Origin: Solirubrobacteraceae bacterium
GTDB taxonomy: Bacteria > Actinomycetota > Thermoleophilia > Solirubrobacterales > Solirubrobacteraceae
Assembly: GCA_044240185.1 (NCBI GenBank)
Contig: JBIHZY010000001.1
Span: 1-33,003, forward strand
Direction: 5' to 3'
Length of the DNA: 33,003 bases
A program made the position numbers and the translations under genes. This document shows positions 32,095 through 33,003 of the stretch, in pieces. The notes beneath the pieces were generated by a model. The model was given only the letters and a program-made list of their open reading frames with translations, had not been told where the DNA came from and made no database searches. Each line of letters starts with the position of its first letter. Position 1 is the stretch's first letter.

Positions 32095-32855
32095 AGGACT
32101 TTCGAGAGGAACGCCTGGGTACGGGCGTGCTGCGGACTATCAAAGACGGCGACAGGATCGCCCGACTCGACAACGACACCGTCGTCCATGAAGACGACTG
32201 TGTCACCAACCTCCTTCGCGAAACCTGTCTCATGCGTCACAACGACCATCGTCATCCCGTCGGCGGCAAGCGCTCGCATCACATCCAAAACCTCGCCGAC
32301 AAGTTCCGGGTCGAGCGCCGAGGTCGGCTCATCAAAGAGCATTAGCTTTGGCTTCATCGCAAGCGCGCGTGCGATCGCAACGCGCTGCTGCTGTCCTCCG
32401 GAAAGCTGCGCTGGATAGGCATCGAGTCGGTCGCCTAGGCCGACGCGATCCATCAGCACCTTGGCTTCGGCCTTGGCGACGTCACGCTTCGTGCCGGCGA
32501 CGCGGATCGGGGCTTCAATGATGTTCTGCTCGGCCGTCATATGGCCGAACAGATTGAACCGTTGGAACACCATCCCAATCTGTTCGCGCTCGCTGGCAAC
32601 ATCGCTCTCGCGCAGCTCGTGCAGCTTGTGGCCGCGCTGGCGGTATCCGACTAGATTGCCGTCGACCCAGATCCGCCCGGAGTTGATTTTCTCAAGGTGG
32701 TTAATGCAGCGCAGAAAGGTCGACTTACCGGACCCAGATGGGCCGAGGAGGCACATCACTTCGCCCGCAGCCACCTCCAACGTGATTCCCTTCAACACCT
32801 CGTTTCGTCCAAAGCGCTTGTGCACGGCCTCCGCTTTGACCATCGGCTCTCTCAT
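32091..32855 (-). CDS. Polar amino-acid ABC transporter ATP-binding protein (GlnQ/HisP-like)
   Basis: Walker [10 protein letters not shown], signature [15 protein letters not shown], Walker [13 protein letters not shown], and the H-loop VVVTHE. Its stop codon overlaps the dinB stop codon (convergent). Confidence 0.9.
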   Translation of the reverse strand: MREPMVKAEAVHKRFGRNEVLKGITLEVAAGEVMCLLGPSGSGKSTFLRCINHLEKINSGRIWVDGNLVGYRQRGHKLHELRESDVASEREQIGMVFQRFNLFGHMTAEQNIIEAPIRVAGTKRDVAKAEAKVLMDRVGLGDRLDAYPAQLSGGQQQRVAIARALAMKPKLMLFDEPTSALDPELVGEVLDVMRALAADGMTMVVVTHETGFAKEVGDTVVFMDDGVVVESGDPVAVFDSPQHARTQAFLSKVL

Positions 32856-33003
32856 AGCCCGTGCCTTTGCTCAGTCGCGGGAACCTCAGTGTGGCGCCAA
32901 GTGCTGAAGCTCTGCCAAATCCTCATCAGAAGGGTCGGTGGAATTGCTCGCGCCGTGCCACGACCGTAGTGGCGCTCAATGAAGTACTGACCAATCGACA
33001 GGA
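32852..33003 (-). CDS. C-terminal end of an ABC transporter permease (5' part outside the window)
   Basis: The minus-strand frame is open from the window edge ([15 protein letters not shown]...QRHGL*). Its TGA overlaps the ATG of the ATPase gene (ATGA), the usual permease-ATPase coupling. Only 50 codons are visible, so family assignment rests on context. Confidence 0.5.
   Translation of the reverse strand, partial: LSIGQYFIERHYGRGTARAIPPTLLMRIWQSFSTWRHTEVPATEQRHGL

Noticed and set aside
1-33003. Window-wide search for mobile elements, prophage, defence systems, tRNA/rRNA genes and CRISPR arrays
   Set aside because: No ORF shows integrase, transposase, recombinase, nuclease-helicase, toxin-antitoxin or Cas-like motifs. 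No intergenic gap exceeds ~160 nt. I saw no cloverleaf-capable segment and no spaced direct-repeat array. The composition of the triplicated paralogue region does not look different from its surroundings by eye.

Overview
GC-rich (by eye above 60%), tightly packed chromosomal window that looks like a high-GC Gram-positive (Actinomycetota-like) genome; I cannot place it more precisely. Almost all of it is conserved housekeeping. The layout runs as follows. (1) The tail of the division cluster on the + strand: yggS-sepF-proC-yggT-lspA-rluD. (2) The translation, envelope and isoprenoid block: rpsB-tsf-pyrH-frr-uppS-cdsA-dxr-rseP. (3) An acyl-CoA ligase convergent with an FMN alpha-hydroxy-acid oxidase. 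(4) ispG. (5) A minus-strand run of sodA plus three tandem paralogous secreted proteins. (6) proS, a pgsA-like gene, a GarA/OdhI-like FHA protein and a MerR regulator. (7) An SRPBCC protein and an alkyl-DHAP-synthase-like flavoprotein. (8) A sigma-region-4/RskA hybrid membrane protein. (9) A PaaI thioesterase. (10) A WS/DGAT-nadE pair on the minus strand. (11) An ECF sigma factor. (12) dinB. (13) The end of an amino-acid ABC transporter operon. Many genes are joined by ATGA/GTGA overlaps, and convergent genes abut or overlap. I found no tRNA, rRNA, CRISPR array, transposase, integrase or recognisable defence gene, and I do not see a clear-cut novel multi-gene system. The most interesting items are listed here. 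(a) A triplicated, unassigned, secreted clan-GH-A-like hydrolase family sits behind sodA. (b) A membrane protein fuses a sigma-70 region-4-like HTH to an RskA-type extracytoplasmic domain, with an unpaired ECF sigma 3.7 kb away. (c) The catalytic N-terminus of dinB is encoded upstream of any canonical start codon. (d) An AGPS-like flavoenzyme is translationally coupled to an SRPBCC protein. (e) A GarA-like FHA regulator carries an extra N-terminal zinc ribbon. (f) Several short cis elements stand out: a 12-bp inverted repeat between sodA and proS, an AAGGTTG/CAACCTT/AAGGTTG triplet between the WS/DGAT gene and the sigma gene, a 10-codon uORF coupled by ATGA to the oxidase gene, and a recurring TANNNT-N6-8-start geometry that suggests leaderless transcripts. 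All functional calls come from motif recognition by eye; no database search was run.
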